A stretch of DNA of 64,000 bases from a virus (Duplodnaviria; Caudoviricetes): IMG/VR virus record IMGVR_UViG_3300021514_000002, positions 256,001-320,000 of that record; one strand, 5' to 3'. Below are positions 30,301-39,886 of this stretch, one piece after another. The translations under genes were made by a program, and so were the position numbers. The notes under the pieces were generated by a model. That model was not told the DNA's origin and searched no databases. It was given only the letters and a program-made list of their open reading frames with translations. Each line of letters opens with the position of its first letter. Positions within the stretch are counted from its first letter, which is position 1.

Positions 30301-30581
30301 CTAAGAATAGATTCCTTACGCTCAGCAGTTGTAATAAAATTTTCATGGGCATTTAAATCAAGACGATATGCCAACACTTCACCAACATAGGCGAAGATTT
30401 CAAGGATGGCAATAAATTCGCTTGATTCTATATAATCATTGAAGTCTTCTGGAAAGTATAATTTTACATAATCCAATAAACTTTCTTTAATAGTACTATA
30501 GTCGAATGCGTTGAAGTTTACACGTGTAAATACTTCATGTGCTCGTGTCCAAGCTTCCGCTCTTGAAATTTCTATTGCCAT
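27366..30581 (-). CDS. 6: Baseplate wedge protein (T4 gp6-like)
   Basis: NAFDYSTIKESL...PEDFNDYIESS...LAYRLD..A.ENF..TA....S...LA...Y and QDRMVNGRDY motifs. ATG 30581 with GAGG RBS preferred. Confidence 0.85.
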   Translation of the reverse strand: MAIEISRAEAWTRAHEVFTRVNFNAFDYSTIKESLLDYVKLYFPEDFNDYIESSEFIAILEIFAYVGEVLAYRLDLNAHENFITTAERKESILRLAKLISYKASRNIAARGLVKITTIQTTELVTDAQGRNLSNAKIVWNDLNNPDWKEQFLLVMNRVLEQDFGTIAPNERVQIEDVLFELYTWGNLSLRGNGITTFNYSASSAGTSFPMELVPVTLTDTSPVEKRPERNLKFSLLYGSDGLGDGSDTTGFFCFTKQGTLQRQEETFDGITPNQTFDLAINNINETDVWMNNVDSNTRAVLETNPYAKILPHLDDSSSRYGEWIEVALANAQNILFNTNKNRQKFETETLDNDQVRLVFGDGEFSDIPSGDFDVWYRTSSNRNSIIQKTSVVDKIASFTYLDLTNTTQTLTFTFSLINSLQNASVSEDIEHVRRVAPSVYYTQDRMVNGRDYNSFMLQDPSILKLQSVNRTFSGDSKYITWHDPKEYYEDVRIFGDDLALYWLENDVENGGFMSSNRALLSNEILTNLVEPLLCSADFYNIMIEEFEKSSNTINDLRCTFTSTESTTIQAALDNAATSANPRVDLYFSADADAWTVDSHPTALLSLFMVRIEAQFSASKLSGWVVQWKTKRMNAQSQTTKFRHSNTTTSIVNFNTLKSSDDNIKILGANLDGSKTGMMGENKDYNVLGQELVTQSLPNAGVPDDNRLSVLPTDTNDDGVPDNLTQSTLLNATDTFIVSGSPANGEIVFTNTVMYYTLGKEAESVTVTTDDGVTYVFDSVDPHSPAVGKWGYPTGSPLGTELTGLVVNFVLTGSPLPVSVTVSTKQYVYFNRASSTDTWVPVDDTSIKRTLWYSDLANTTNLYKREYGRYPLNFAWFYTTPRFHLVDPTASNIIDTFIITTGYYEGITRWLENKTDVKPDEPSPLDLRTAYDTLLQHGMISDTVILQAGKFKLLFGSRAIPEIRAKFKVIRPTINNLTDNEVKVKIVDVIRTYFNISDWDFGSTFFFTELSTAIHSALGPEINSVVLVPSYTTNQFGDMFQVQSRENEIFIPDISTENVEIIQSFTKENIRQ

Positions 30582-30582
30582 G

Positions 30583-30963
30583 TTAACCCTCAAATTGGAT
30601 GTTTAAATTTAAATCATCCACTGTATTTAATTCTACGTAAAATAATGTCGCTTCTACGTATACTGAATTTGTATCAAACTCAGGTGTTAGTACTAAATTA
30701 ACAATATTCACCCTTGGATCATAATCAAATATCATAAGTAATTCTGCGTATAGTTCATCCACTAGATCGCCATCAAGCTGTTCAAATGCTAATTCAGGTA
30801 TACCGCTGCCAAAATCTGGCATCATTACACGCGTTCCACGTGAAGTGAAAATATGAGATAGTATATCCATTTTTACTAATTCAATATCCCGAATAGATAA
30901 CGATTTAGTGTTTTGGAACTCAAAACTAGAATATCCTCTGTATAAATTAACGCGATTTGTCAT
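30583..30963 (-). CDS. 25: Baseplate wedge protein (T4 gp25-like)
   Basis: GTRVMMPDFGSGIPELAFE...YDPRV motif; GATAAATA at 30987-30994 (-). Confidence 0.9.
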   Translation of the reverse strand: MTNRVNLYRGYSSFEFQNTKSLSIRDIELVKMDILSHIFTSRGTRVMMPDFGSGIPELAFEQLDGDLVDELYAELLMIFDYDPRVNIVNLVLTPEFDTNSVYVEATLFYVELNTVDDLNLNIQFEG

Positions 30964-31011
30964 ATTAAAACCTCAACATTTTCTAATATTTATCTTTTGT
31001 CGGTTTAGGAA

Positions 31012-32631
31012 TTATCGATGCCATTTTGGGTTCCTATTAAATGGTGGTTCATCCCGTTCTGTTTTACGACCCACATCTGTGCTATCATATAGATACTCTG
31101 CTGAATTCTCATGAGTATTCTCATTTGCAAGACTACTAGCATTGACACCATTATTATCTGTTGAACCTATACCTGTCTCCTTTGTCATGACTCTTGCCCA
31201 TGGTTCATGTTCTGGAACGCGACTTGTCCACCATGCTTCAAATGTATTAGTAGGGTCTGATTCTATTGCCGACGCGGTAATAACAGCTGGCGGACCGTTA
31301 AAATGTATCTGTGCGCCTTGTTGTATAATGTTACCACCTGCATTCATTTTAGTATCTGAGCCAGATTTTAAATTTAATATACCACCTGCAAGAACGCTAG
31401 TGTCACCTGTAGCTTCTAAAACCAAAGCACCCTTGGCTTTTATGTCAATATTTGTAATCGCTGTCAAGAGTAGATTTGGAACTGACATATTCATATTACC
31501 AATGGAATGCATCTCTGTGGTACCACCTGATTTCAAATGTAAGTTTCCTGCTTTCGCATGAACCCGCACCTCATTTTCGGATATCAAATGGATACCATTG
31601 GCCTTTACGCGAAAGGTCTCACCTGCGGTAAAGTTAATATCTTTTTCAGCATGTACAGAAATATTGCGTTCGCCGTAGATATCAATGTTTCCTTTTTCAT
31701 CGAGCTCAATCCACGTCTTACCACCAGCCGTACTAATATATACGCGCTCGTTGGTATCATCCATAATGATTTGGTGGCCGTGTGTTGTTCTAAAGCGAAC
31801 ACGACAATTCGCTGCACTATCTGACATTGATATGGAGTGAAATCCTGGGGATGACCATGAATATACTTGCGAATCTTGCGCAAATTCTGTGGCACTTGAC
31901 AATAATCCTTCTTGGGTTCTACTTTTAGTATAACCCTGTGTATTCTTTACTTCGTTTCCATCTGCTTCTGTAAATGGTTCTTCTTTATCATCAGACGAAG
32001 CACTGAATACCATATCTTCCGTATCAATATACTCTGAATCAATTCCAGCAACGGATGAATCTGCCCCACGTGTACGATACTCGAAATTTTTTCTTGGTTC
32101 AGATGGGATGCCTGAGCCTGTCGTATCATTTAATCTGGTGAATGCATCTGTTTGTGTATCATATAATGGTTGTATCTGATTTTCCGTAGACGATAATGGT
32201 CCAGATGGTTCGTCTTGTAAGTCGTCGGTTTTCTTGTAAGTATATCTACCATGCGGCAATGTATGCACCATAAATTGGTCATGCATCGCGCCTAAATATA
32301 TGCGGAATCTTGGATCGCCTTCAATACATGCCACTAAAACATACGATCCAACTTTGGGCGTATTAAACATACCATATGCTACAGGTCCATTCGTTCTATT
32401 ATTTTCACGTCCTCTTGTGGTTGTTGAAGAAGATCCTGCTAACGGCGAAATCGGCGATGCCCATGGAATGCTATCAATTATTGTATTTTCAAGATCACCA
32501 AAAAACGGACAAGCTACACGAACCCTGCCCATTTGTTGTGGATCGTTTGTATCGACGACTTCACCTAATGTTAATTGGTCGTAATTATCATCAGCATCTA
32601 ATAATTTTTTTACGTCATTAAATATAACCAT
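31012..32631 (-). CDS. 5: Baseplate hub spike (gp5/VgrG-like: OB fold plus beta-helix), no lysozyme domain seen
   Basis: GEVVDTNDPQQMGRVRV, P.VGSYVLV....GDP, FRTTHGHQI.MDD, ISTAGG..WIEL motifs, then beta-helix repeats. Confidence 0.85.
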   Translation of the reverse strand: MVIFNDVKKLLDADDNYDQLTLGEVVDTNDPQQMGRVRVACPFFGDLENTIIDSIPWASPISPLAGSSSTTTRGRENNRTNGPVAYGMFNTPKVGSYVLVACIEGDPRFRIYLGAMHDQFMVHTLPHGRYTYKKTDDLQDEPSGPLSSTENQIQPLYDTQTDAFTRLNDTTGSGIPSEPRKNFEYRTRGADSSVAGIDSEYIDTEDMVFSASSDDKEEPFTEADGNEVKNTQGYTKSRTQEGLLSSATEFAQDSQVYSWSSPGFHSISMSDSAANCRVRFRTTHGHQIIMDDTNERVYISTAGGKTWIELDEKGNIDIYGERNISVHAEKDINFTAGETFRVKANGIHLISENEVRVHAKAGNLHLKSGGTTEMHSIGNMNMSVPNLLLTAITNIDIKAKGALVLEATGDTSVLAGGILNLKSGSDTKMNAGGNIIQQGAQIHFNGPPAVITASAIESDPTNTFEAWWTSRVPEHEPWARVMTKETGIGSTDNNGVNASSLANENTHENSAEYLYDSTDVGRKTERDEPPFNRNPKWHR

Positions 32632-32633
32632 TA

Positions 32634-34607
32634 TTATTTACCTCGTTTTCCGCGATTTACCCGTTGGGATTTTTGTTGACCAACTGTTATTTTATCGCCA
32701 TCTGTATCACTTGTTAGATTTTCATAAATATCGTATTCTGAATCTTTCATTCCCTGCCATGTAGATCTATCATCTTCTGTTGCATCTACTTTAGTTGTAA
32801 GTTTATCTGCCACAGGAATACTCATCATGTCTAATTCTTGTAAAAATTCACCACCTTCAAATAGTTGTTTAACCGCAAATAGTGTATAGTAACCCGTATA
32901 CCAAAAATCTTCATATTCAGTATTAACATCATTTGAATCCGTTGGCATTTTAATATTTACCTTTACTAATGTGGGCGTATCAATCCATCTTGGATTTATT
33001 GTTTTATGTTTCTCTGGTTTTTCCGCTTGCCGATTTTTTAAATCGCTTGGTATCATCTGCATTTCACTTAACAACTGCGGGTTTCCAAAAATCAACATTG
33101 TTGCTTCAATGTTTTCTAACGCTGCATGTCTATTTAATAATGCTTGAAATGATGCGCTATCGCCTGGACTTTTAGTGTTTCGAGCAATTGATTGTTTTAT
33201 CTTACTACCAAGAAATAGAGGGGTTTTAGGTCTCTGTTTCTTACCTTTAGATGCAATATAATTTGCGCCTGTTGTTCGTTGCATGGTAGATGTCTTCTCA
33301 CCTGCATTGTTTTGTTGATTAGACAACGTATCCGTTGTTGCGGCGATTTGAAAAAATGACATACCCATTTCCATTTTGATATCAAAATTCTTAATATCTA
33401 TATTTTTACCAGTAAAAATATAATTAAATTCTATAGATTGGCCATCTTTTGGTTTGAATTCTTCGCCATTGAACGCTGCATCATATGGGAGTTGCGCTAC
33501 TTCATATTTATTAACGTAATATTCTACAACAAAGTTGTCATGGGATGATTGTAAACCAGACACAATTTTATAAATATACTTTTTACCTTCGCTACCCTCG
33601 ACGCCATCCTTTATTACACCCGTAGAAGATGCCATTAATTTTTTAATTATATCTTCTATACCAACATTTTTACCAAAGTTAAAACTGCCAACTTCGCGTT
33701 TGTTTGCAATTCTAACACTCTCATTATCGCCTGCTACGTATCGCGCGTCGTCGTAATCAGGAGCGATAATTTTATATGTAACCCCACGATAATTGTTTTT
33801 GAAAAATTGTTTTGCGTCTACTTCTGCTTGTTTGGACGTTAGTGAATTTCCTTCCTTCTTAGCCTCTTCATATAATGATATTGCGAATTCTTTTATTGCT
33901 TGTTCCTCATATCCATCATAGGATGCATTTAACTGTTCTGCCAATCCATCAAAAGTTTTTGCTAACGTATTGCCTTTATTTACAGTAAATGAAAGGCCGT
34001 TGGCGATTTTTTGGGTATGAGGGAGTTTACCTAAACCATTTACCGCACCCACAAATAACATTTTATATTTTGCGCCTGAGCTATCAAATATTGAACTAAT
34101 GTCATAAACAATAAACAATAGTGGTTTTATATTTGATATCATTTCAGTGGTGCCGTCGTCGTTGTGGCCAATAAAGATTGTTTTTAATACAAAAACCAAT
34201 CCAATGGGATCTGATTCTAGTGCATCACATACGTCTGTTAATCTATTAAGAAATTTTGCTCCCAATGGTTCAATGATCTCGAGTTCCCCTTCTAACGACA
34301 TTGATGTTGACTGGGGAGTATCATTATCACCAACATAATTTTCCATTGCGATTATATTTTCCCATGATGCGACGGTTATATAAAACCTCGCATCTGTGGT
34401 ACCATCTATAAGTGTAATGTATTTGCTGTTTGGATTTCTACCGATTTGACGCGGTGAATATCTAACGTTTTCACTTGGATGTTGAAATGTTGTTATTTCG
34501 CTTGTATTTGTTAATTCTTCTGCTGCTTCCGTATTATTACATACCATAAGTATGTGATGGTAGGAATAAGATTTAAACTTTCCAAGAATATTTTGTGGGT
34601 TTGACAT
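32634..34607 (-). CDS. Baseplate hub / tail protein (gp27-like position)
   Basis: Lies between the gp53-like and gp5-like genes; C-terminal IFGNPQ...Y.G.Y....V...F.GG.F.Q.L pattern. Confidence 0.55.
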   Translation of the reverse strand: MSNPQNILGKFKSYSYHHILMVCNNTEAAEELTNTSEITTFQHPSENVRYSPRQIGRNPNSKYITLIDGTTDARFYITVASWENIIAMENYVGDNDTPQSTSMSLEGELEIIEPLGAKFLNRLTDVCDALESDPIGLVFVLKTIFIGHNDDGTTEMISNIKPLLFIVYDISSIFDSSGAKYKMLFVGAVNGLGKLPHTQKIANGLSFTVNKGNTLAKTFDGLAEQLNASYDGYEEQAIKEFAISLYEEAKKEGNSLTSKQAEVDAKQFFKNNYRGVTYKIIAPDYDDARYVAGDNESVRIANKREVGSFNFGKNVGIEDIIKKLMASSTGVIKDGVEGSEGKKYIYKIVSGLQSSHDNFVVEYYVNKYEVAQLPYDAAFNGEEFKPKDGQSIEFNYIFTGKNIDIKNFDIKMEMGMSFFQIAATTDTLSNQQNNAGEKTSTMQRTTGANYIASKGKKQRPKTPLFLGSKIKQSIARNTKSPGDSASFQALLNRHAALENIEATMLIFGNPQLLSEMQMIPSDLKNRQAEKPEKHKTINPRWIDTPTLVKVNIKMPTDSNDVNTEYEDFWYTGYYTLFAVKQLFEGGEFLQELDMMSIPVADKLTTKVDATEDDRSTWQGMKDSEYDIYENLTSDTDGDKITVGQQKSQRVNRGKRGK

Positions 34608-34620
34608 TAATTTCTCTTTA

Positions 34621-34980
34621 TTATGTTATGGGTTTGCCGCCAACTGGTTTAGTAATTATATCTAATACCAATCTCGATTGTGTTGGTAAATAAATTTCCG
34701 CACCCGGAACTAATTCAGTTACAGGATCGACAATATTATTATATTGTAGAACTAACCACGCATATTGGGCTTTTCCATATACACGATACGATATTAAATC
34801 TGGGCGGTTGGCCTCGTATTCTTGGATGGTAATAATGAAATCGTTATCTTGACGTTCAAGAATTCTTTTTTCCCACCAACCAAGACGGTTATTATATCTA
34901 TCAGTCAGACCACCTTGTACCATTCGGGAACTGCGGTTATCTGTTGAATTTTTATTGATATCGGTTATTGTAAATGCCAT
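34621..34980 (-). CDS. 53: Baseplate wedge protein (gp53-like, LysM-like)
   Basis: RPDLISYRVYG....WLVLQYNNIVDP motif. Confidence 0.85.
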   Translation of the reverse strand: MAFTITDINKNSTDNRSSRMVQGGLTDRYNNRLGWWEKRILERQDNDFIITIQEYEANRPDLISYRVYGKAQYAWLVLQYNNIVDPVTELVPGAEIYLPTQSRLVLDIITKPVGGKPIT

Positions 34981-34982
34981 AA

Positions 34983-35708
34983 TTAAAATCCTTGTAATAT
35001 TCCTTGTTTAAACGCATTTAAGTTAAATCCTTCATAACTATTCGGCGAATGTGTTTCTATTAATGTTAAGTCTATATTCATGATTATTGGCATTGGTACA
35101 CCTGTTGACGTAGTAATATAGTCTACATCGTTTGGGTACGGTATCGTAAGTTGTTGTATAACGACAGGGATTCGGTTTATATGTTGCGAGACAGTCCATA
35201 CGTTAGAAACGCCTAAGCGTGTTTCTTTAGTGGCACTAGTAACTTCTTTTGAATATGCGCTTAGATATAATATCGGTGGTGGTGCGCCTAATAGTTCCGC
35301 ACCAAGCGACAAATTTTCGCCTGTGTTGGGATCTTTTTGTACGGGATTCTTAATACCCGCACCTTTCTGTGCATTATAACCAACCCGTGCGTTATATTCT
35401 TCTGTCTCAAGGGTAGTACTGTTTAATCCAAAACGTGGCATACACCATCCACGGAGCATCCATAATTTTTTTAAATTTACATCAGCTTCGGTAATAGTTC
35501 TTGATATAAGACGAATATCAGATATTTGAAAATTTCTAGACGATGTATTTTTATACACCTGTATTTGTCCAGGAGCATGTAACGGGTCTAATGAACCATA
35601 ATTAATATTTCTATTTTCCGATACGGTTGGGGATGCGTCAAACGTAACACGCCCTCCGCCCTTCGATGCAGATGTTAATTTAACTTTATACGGATTTTCT
35701 ATTGCCAT
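34983..35708 (-). CDS. Baseplate tube-initiator-like protein
   Basis: First gene of the late baseplate operon; PPPILYLSAY...IPVVI..L.I.YP.DVDY pattern; ATG 35708 with AAGGA RBS; GATAAATA at 35735-35742 (-). Confidence 0.6.
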   Translation of the reverse strand: MAIENPYKVKLTSASKGGGRVTFDASPTVSENRNINYGSLDPLHAPGQIQVYKNTSSRNFQISDIRLISRTITEADVNLKKLWMLRGWCMPRFGLNSTTLETEEYNARVGYNAQKGAGIKNPVQKDPNTGENLSLGAELLGAPPPILYLSAYSKEVTSATKETRLGVSNVWTVSQHINRIPVVIQQLTIPYPNDVDYITTSTGVPMPIIMNIDLTLIETHSPNSYEGFNLNAFKQGILQGF

Positions 35709-35746
35709 GTGTATATCCTTGTCTGTGTTATTGATATTTATCATGG

Positions 35747-35775
35747 TTGACATAGTTTAAAAAGTGATATATACT
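35747..35775 (+). promoter_or_regulatory. sigma70 promoter of the gp55-47-46 operon
   Basis: TTGACA (35747-35752), 17 bp spacer, TATACT (35770-35775). Confidence 0.8.
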
Positions 35776-35795
35776 GTCAATTATTGGAGAATAAA

Positions 35796-36314
35796 ATGGC
35801 AATAAAAAAAGAAGAAAAGCCGCCAGTTAAGAAAAAAGTCAATTATATAAAGAATAAAGACCTCCTTGCAGAAGTAATAGTTTGCAAGGAGGAGGGTAAG
35901 ATGTCCGATAAATTAGCGAACATGCTTATTCTTCTAACTGCAAAATATGGACGTTCATCCCAGTTTGGTGGATACACATTTAATGATGATATGCAGGCAT
36001 ATGCCTTAATGATGTTGTGTAAAACTTGGATTGGATTCAAACCCGAAAGAAGCAGCAACGCATTTGCATATTATACACAAAGTATTAAAAATTCATTTAA
36101 ACAATTCTTAAACCGTGAAAAAGTACAACGAGTTGTGCGTGATGAATTATTAGTAGATAAGGGATTAAATCCGTCATTTACATATACAAACGAACATACA
36201 ACTAGCGATTCACATTATGTTCATGATGAAGAAGACCATGGTCAATCTGTGGAAGATCTGAAGAAAATAAATGAAGATGCTAATTCAGAAGAATTAATAT
36301 CTTACAAAAAATAA
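35796..36314 (+). CDS. 55: Late-transcription sigma factor (T4 gp55-like)
   Basis: NYIKNKDLL, F.GYTFNDDM, F.PERSSNAFAYYTQ...N.F...L..EK motifs; T4 55-47-46 synteny. Confidence 0.9.
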   Translation: MAIKKEEKPPVKKKVNYIKNKDLLAEVIVCKEEGKMSDKLANMLILLTAKYGRSSQFGGYTFNDDMQAYALMMLCKTWIGFKPERSSNAFAYYTQSIKNSFKQFLNREKVQRVVRDELLVDKGLNPSFTYTNEHTTSDSHYVHDEEDHGQSVEDLKKINEDANSEELISYKK

Positions 36315-36339
36315 TAATAATAATACAGGAAATAACAAG

Positions 36340-37389
36340 ATGGGTAATAGCACCCCCGCATTAAGTAAAGGTGCGTACTTTACTGACTTGCATGTTGGGG
36401 CTAAATCCAATTCACAACAACATAACGAAGATTGTGTCAATTATATTGATTGGTTCTGTGCTAATGTAAAAGCAGACCCTGAAATTGATTACATTTGTTT
36501 TGTAGGTGATTGGCACGAAGTCCGAAGCGCGATTAACGTGTTTACATTAAAATATTCATATGAAATTGCTACAAAAATCAATGACTTAGATCTGCCTGTA
36601 TATTTTATCATTGGCAACCATGATCTATATCATAGAAATAATAGGGACATTTATTCAGTTGTCCCTTTTAATGAGTTTAAAAATTTCAATATAATTGATA
36701 AACCTACGGTAATTGAGAATATTGGGGATGGTGTATTAATGTGCCCATTCCTGTTCCATGAAGAATATACCAAATTATCACAATATAATAAGATTCCTTT
36801 CTGGGTAGGACATTTTGAATTCAAGGGGTTTGTTGTTACTGGTTACAATATTACAATGAAAACCGGCCCAGACCATACGGACTTCGATGGACCAGAAAAT
36901 ATTATATCTGGTCATTTTCACAAAAGACAAACTAGCGGGAACGTAACCTATATTGGGAATACCTTTCCGACTAACTTCAGTGACGCTGGGGATGTTGAAC
37001 GCGGCATGATGATTTTTAACCATACTAATAAAGATATGAAGTTTCTTGATTGGGAAGATTGTCCCAAATATATAACAGGTACCTTATCCGATATAATAGC
37101 TGAAAAAATCAAATTGTATCCAAATTCACGAGTTCGTTGTGTAGCTGATATTCCCATAACATACGAGGAAAGTTTAGAATTGAAGAAAACTTTCATAGAG
37201 GGTTATGATTTGCGGGAATTTGCTATTGAGGAATCTAGTGAAATCCAAGAAGCATTGACCGAGACAGAAACAACCATCAACGAAAGAAATCTTGGTACTG
37301 TTGATGAAATGGTAGTAGAAATGTTAAACGACATCGAATCGGAACATATCGACAATGATTTACTTTCCGAAATCTACCAAAACTTATAA
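36340..37389 (+). CDS. 47: Mre11/SbcD-like nuclease (T4 gp47)
   Basis: FTDLHVG, FVGDW, IIGNHD, GHFE, SGHFH metallophosphoesterase motifs. Confidence 0.95.
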   Translation: MGNSTPALSKGAYFTDLHVGAKSNSQQHNEDCVNYIDWFCANVKADPEIDYICFVGDWHEVRSAINVFTLKYSYEIATKINDLDLPVYFIIGNHDLYHRNNRDIYSVVPFNEFKNFNIIDKPTVIENIGDGVLMCPFLFHEEYTKLSQYNKIPFWVGHFEFKGFVVTGYNITMKTGPDHTDFDGPENIISGHFHKRQTSGNVTYIGNTFPTNFSDAGDVERGMMIFNHTNKDMKFLDWEDCPKYITGTLSDIIAEKIKLYPNSRVRCVADIPITYEESLELKKTFIEGYDLREFAIEESSEIQEALTETETTINERNLGTVDEMVVEMLNDIESEHIDNDLLSEIYQNL

Positions 37390-37415
37390 CATAAAAAAAA
37401 TAAAAAAATAGGGTT

Positions 37416-39707
37416 ATGATTAAATTTAAACAACTTTCAATTAAAAATTTTCTGTCATATGGCGAAGTTCCAACAATAATAGACCTTGACGATACGGGCA
37501 CTACGTTGATTGTAGGGGAAGATCTGGATAATACTGCATCTGGAACTGGGGCTAATGGCGTCGGGAAAACTGTATGGATAAATGCGCTTATCTACGGATT
37601 GTATGGCAAACCAATATCTAATATATCATTAGATAATCTCGTCAATAATATTAATAAGAAGAACATGGAAGTTATTATTGAATTTGAAAAAGATGGAAAT
37701 GTGTGTACTGTTAAACGTGCGCGCAAGATAACGGGTTCAGGTAACTATGCTAAAGTCTTTATCCGTCCATCTGGTACAGATTTAGATGAAAATAAGCACG
37801 ACAAGACACCAGATAGTATAAGCAATATAAATGATTTTATTGCCGAGCTACTTGGGATTCCCTATGAACTATTTGTTCGCATTGTTGCTTTTGCGGCAAC
37901 CCATACACCGTTCCTCGATTTACCTGTTAGACATGCGTCACAAGCAAATCAATCTGATATTATGGAAGAACTATTTAGACTAACACAATTGTCTGTTAAA
38001 GCAGAATCCCTTAAAGTTGAAATTAGGGATACTAAACAATCGTTAGAAATTAAAACTTTACATAATGAACATCTCGAAAAAGAACATGAGCGCCATAATA
38101 AACAATTACTATCTGCAAGAAATCGCGTAGATGATTGGGAAGATGACCGCGATGTTGAAGTGATTGCTCTAAAAAAAGTATTAGAAGATTATGAAGCTGT
38201 TCCTATTGAGGAACAAGAAAAACTATATGAGCGCGTTGCAGAATTAAAGATTACGCTTGCAGAAGAAAAAGAAAAACAACAGACCCTTGAAACGATTATT
38301 ACTGAAATTAGTGCAGAATTCACTGTATCAAAATCAAAGTTAGTGGTTATTACAGAAAGTAAAGAAAGAATTATAAAGTGGAAGGAAGAAAATATAAAGA
38401 AGATTGCTGATTATAAAGCAGCAGCTGAGAAACTTCCTACTGCATATGTACTTAGCGAACAACAAAAATTACATCAGAAACTAGATACTTTAACAGAAAA
38501 TTTAAAAACTCTTACGGCTAAAGAAAAAGAAATAGAAGGCGACATTACACTTACCACTAATGAGTTAAATGAAGCCGAAGATGAATTAGTACATCTAGAA
38601 GAAGCAAAATGTCCATATTGTTTACAACAACTTGAAGATGCTGCAGCGAAAATTAATAAATGTAAAGATGATATAAAAATTAAAGAACAAGAGTTGTTTA
38701 ATTTTTCAGTGCTTTTAGATGTTGTTCAAAAAAACATAGTAGTTACATCTAAGGATGTTAAAACAGTTTCCGATGATATTGATTATTCTATAAACGAAAT
38801 AAACAATTATGAATATACGCGCAATGAATACGTTGTAAAATTACAAGAGTTGTTTAATGAACAGTGTCCACATGGTAATGCTAAAACTGTAGGTGATATG
38901 ATTTCAGTTATTTCCGAAATGACCGAAGAAAATATGCACTTAAAAGAAACCCTTGCAAAAGAAGCCGACGGGTTAGTTGCGATTGACGATGTAATTGAAT
39001 TAATCAATAATGAATTAATAGAATGTGAAAGCAACATTACAATTTCATCCTTGAATGAATTATACGAAATAAAGAACAAAATTAAACAACAAAAAGATAA
39101 GATTAAAGAATTAAAATCTGCTATTAATCCATATCTTGCACCATTAAATGAGTTACTAGATATTAAACTGGAACCTATTGATATGGATGCAATTAATAAA
39201 CTAACTAACTTGATAACACATCAGAATTATTTAGTTAAATTATTAACCAAGAAAGATAGTTTCATTCGTAAAACATTGTTGACTAAAAACCTTGTATTTT
39301 TAAATCAACGATTAAAAGAATATCTATTAGCTTTGGGATTGCCACACAAGGTAGAATTTACCCATGAAATGACTGCAAACATATCACAATTTGGTAGAGA
39401 ATTGGATTTTGGGAACTTGTCTAGTGGACAAAAAGCGCGCGTAAATCTCGCGTTGTCTTTCTCGTTTAGGGACGTATTACAAAAATCACACGATAGTATT
39501 AATGTTTGTATGCTTGATGAAGTTCTTGACGTTGGCCTTGATTCGGTTGGCGTACAAAACGCAGCACGAATGCTGAAGCGCAAGGCACGTGATGAAGATT
39601 TGGCACTGTTCATTATTTCACACAGGGACGAAGTTAGTAATATATTCGACCGAAGAATGACAGTCCAAATGGAAAAAGGTTTCAGTTCTGTGAAGGTAGA
39701 AGAATAA
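37416..39707 (+). CDS. 46: Rad50/SbcC-like ATPase (T4 gp46)
   Basis: Walker A GANGVGKT, coiled coils with CPYC hook, LSSGQKAR signature, MLDEVLD Walker B. Confidence 0.96.
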   Translation: MIKFKQLSIKNFLSYGEVPTIIDLDDTGTTLIVGEDLDNTASGTGANGVGKTVWINALIYGLYGKPISNISLDNLVNNINKKNMEVIIEFEKDGNVCTVKRARKITGSGNYAKVFIRPSGTDLDENKHDKTPDSISNINDFIAELLGIPYELFVRIVAFAATHTPFLDLPVRHASQANQSDIMEELFRLTQLSVKAESLKVEIRDTKQSLEIKTLHNEHLEKEHERHNKQLLSARNRVDDWEDDRDVEVIALKKVLEDYEAVPIEEQEKLYERVAELKITLAEEKEKQQTLETIITEISAEFTVSKSKLVVITESKERIIKWKEENIKKIADYKAAAEKLPTAYVLSEQQKLHQKLDTLTENLKTLTAKEKEIEGDITLTTNELNEAEDELVHLEEAKCPYCLQQLEDAAAKINKCKDDIKIKEQELFNFSVLLDVVQKNIVVTSKDVKTVSDDIDYSINEINNYEYTRNEYVVKLQELFNEQCPHGNAKTVGDMISVISEMTEENMHLKETLAKEADGLVAIDDVIELINNELIECESNITISSLNELYEIKNKIKQQKDKIKELKSAINPYLAPLNELLDIKLEPIDMDAINKLTNLITHQNYLVKLLTKKDSFIRKTLLTKNLVFLNQRLKEYLLALGLPHKVEFTHEMTANISQFGRELDFGNLSSGQKARVNLALSFSFRDVLQKSHDSINVCMLDEVLDVGLDSVGVQNAARMLKRKARDEDLALFIISHRDEVSNIFDRRMTVQMEKGFSSVKVEE

Positions 39708-39886
39708 TGGGAAACAACAACGAATCATATCGCATTGTGCAGGATTTTCAACTTATCAGTGTATCGCTTGTTGCTAATCCTGAAAAAGGGATGGAAATAC
39801 AAACTCTAATGGAACGCGACGTTAATATTCTCATAGATAAATACGATAGAACTATGAAATTATTGGAGATGTATATAAATGAATAA
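39707..39886 (+). CDS. 59-aa ORF with a prohead-protease-like segment and YDRTMKLL motif (not in the ORF track)
   Basis: TAATG coupling to gp46; MGNNNESYRIVQDFQLISVSLVANPEKGMEIQTLMERDVNILIDKYDRTMKLLEMYINE*. Confidence 0.7.
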   Translation: MGNNNESYRIVQDFQLISVSLVANPEKGMEIQTLMERDVNILIDKYDRTMKLLEMYINE

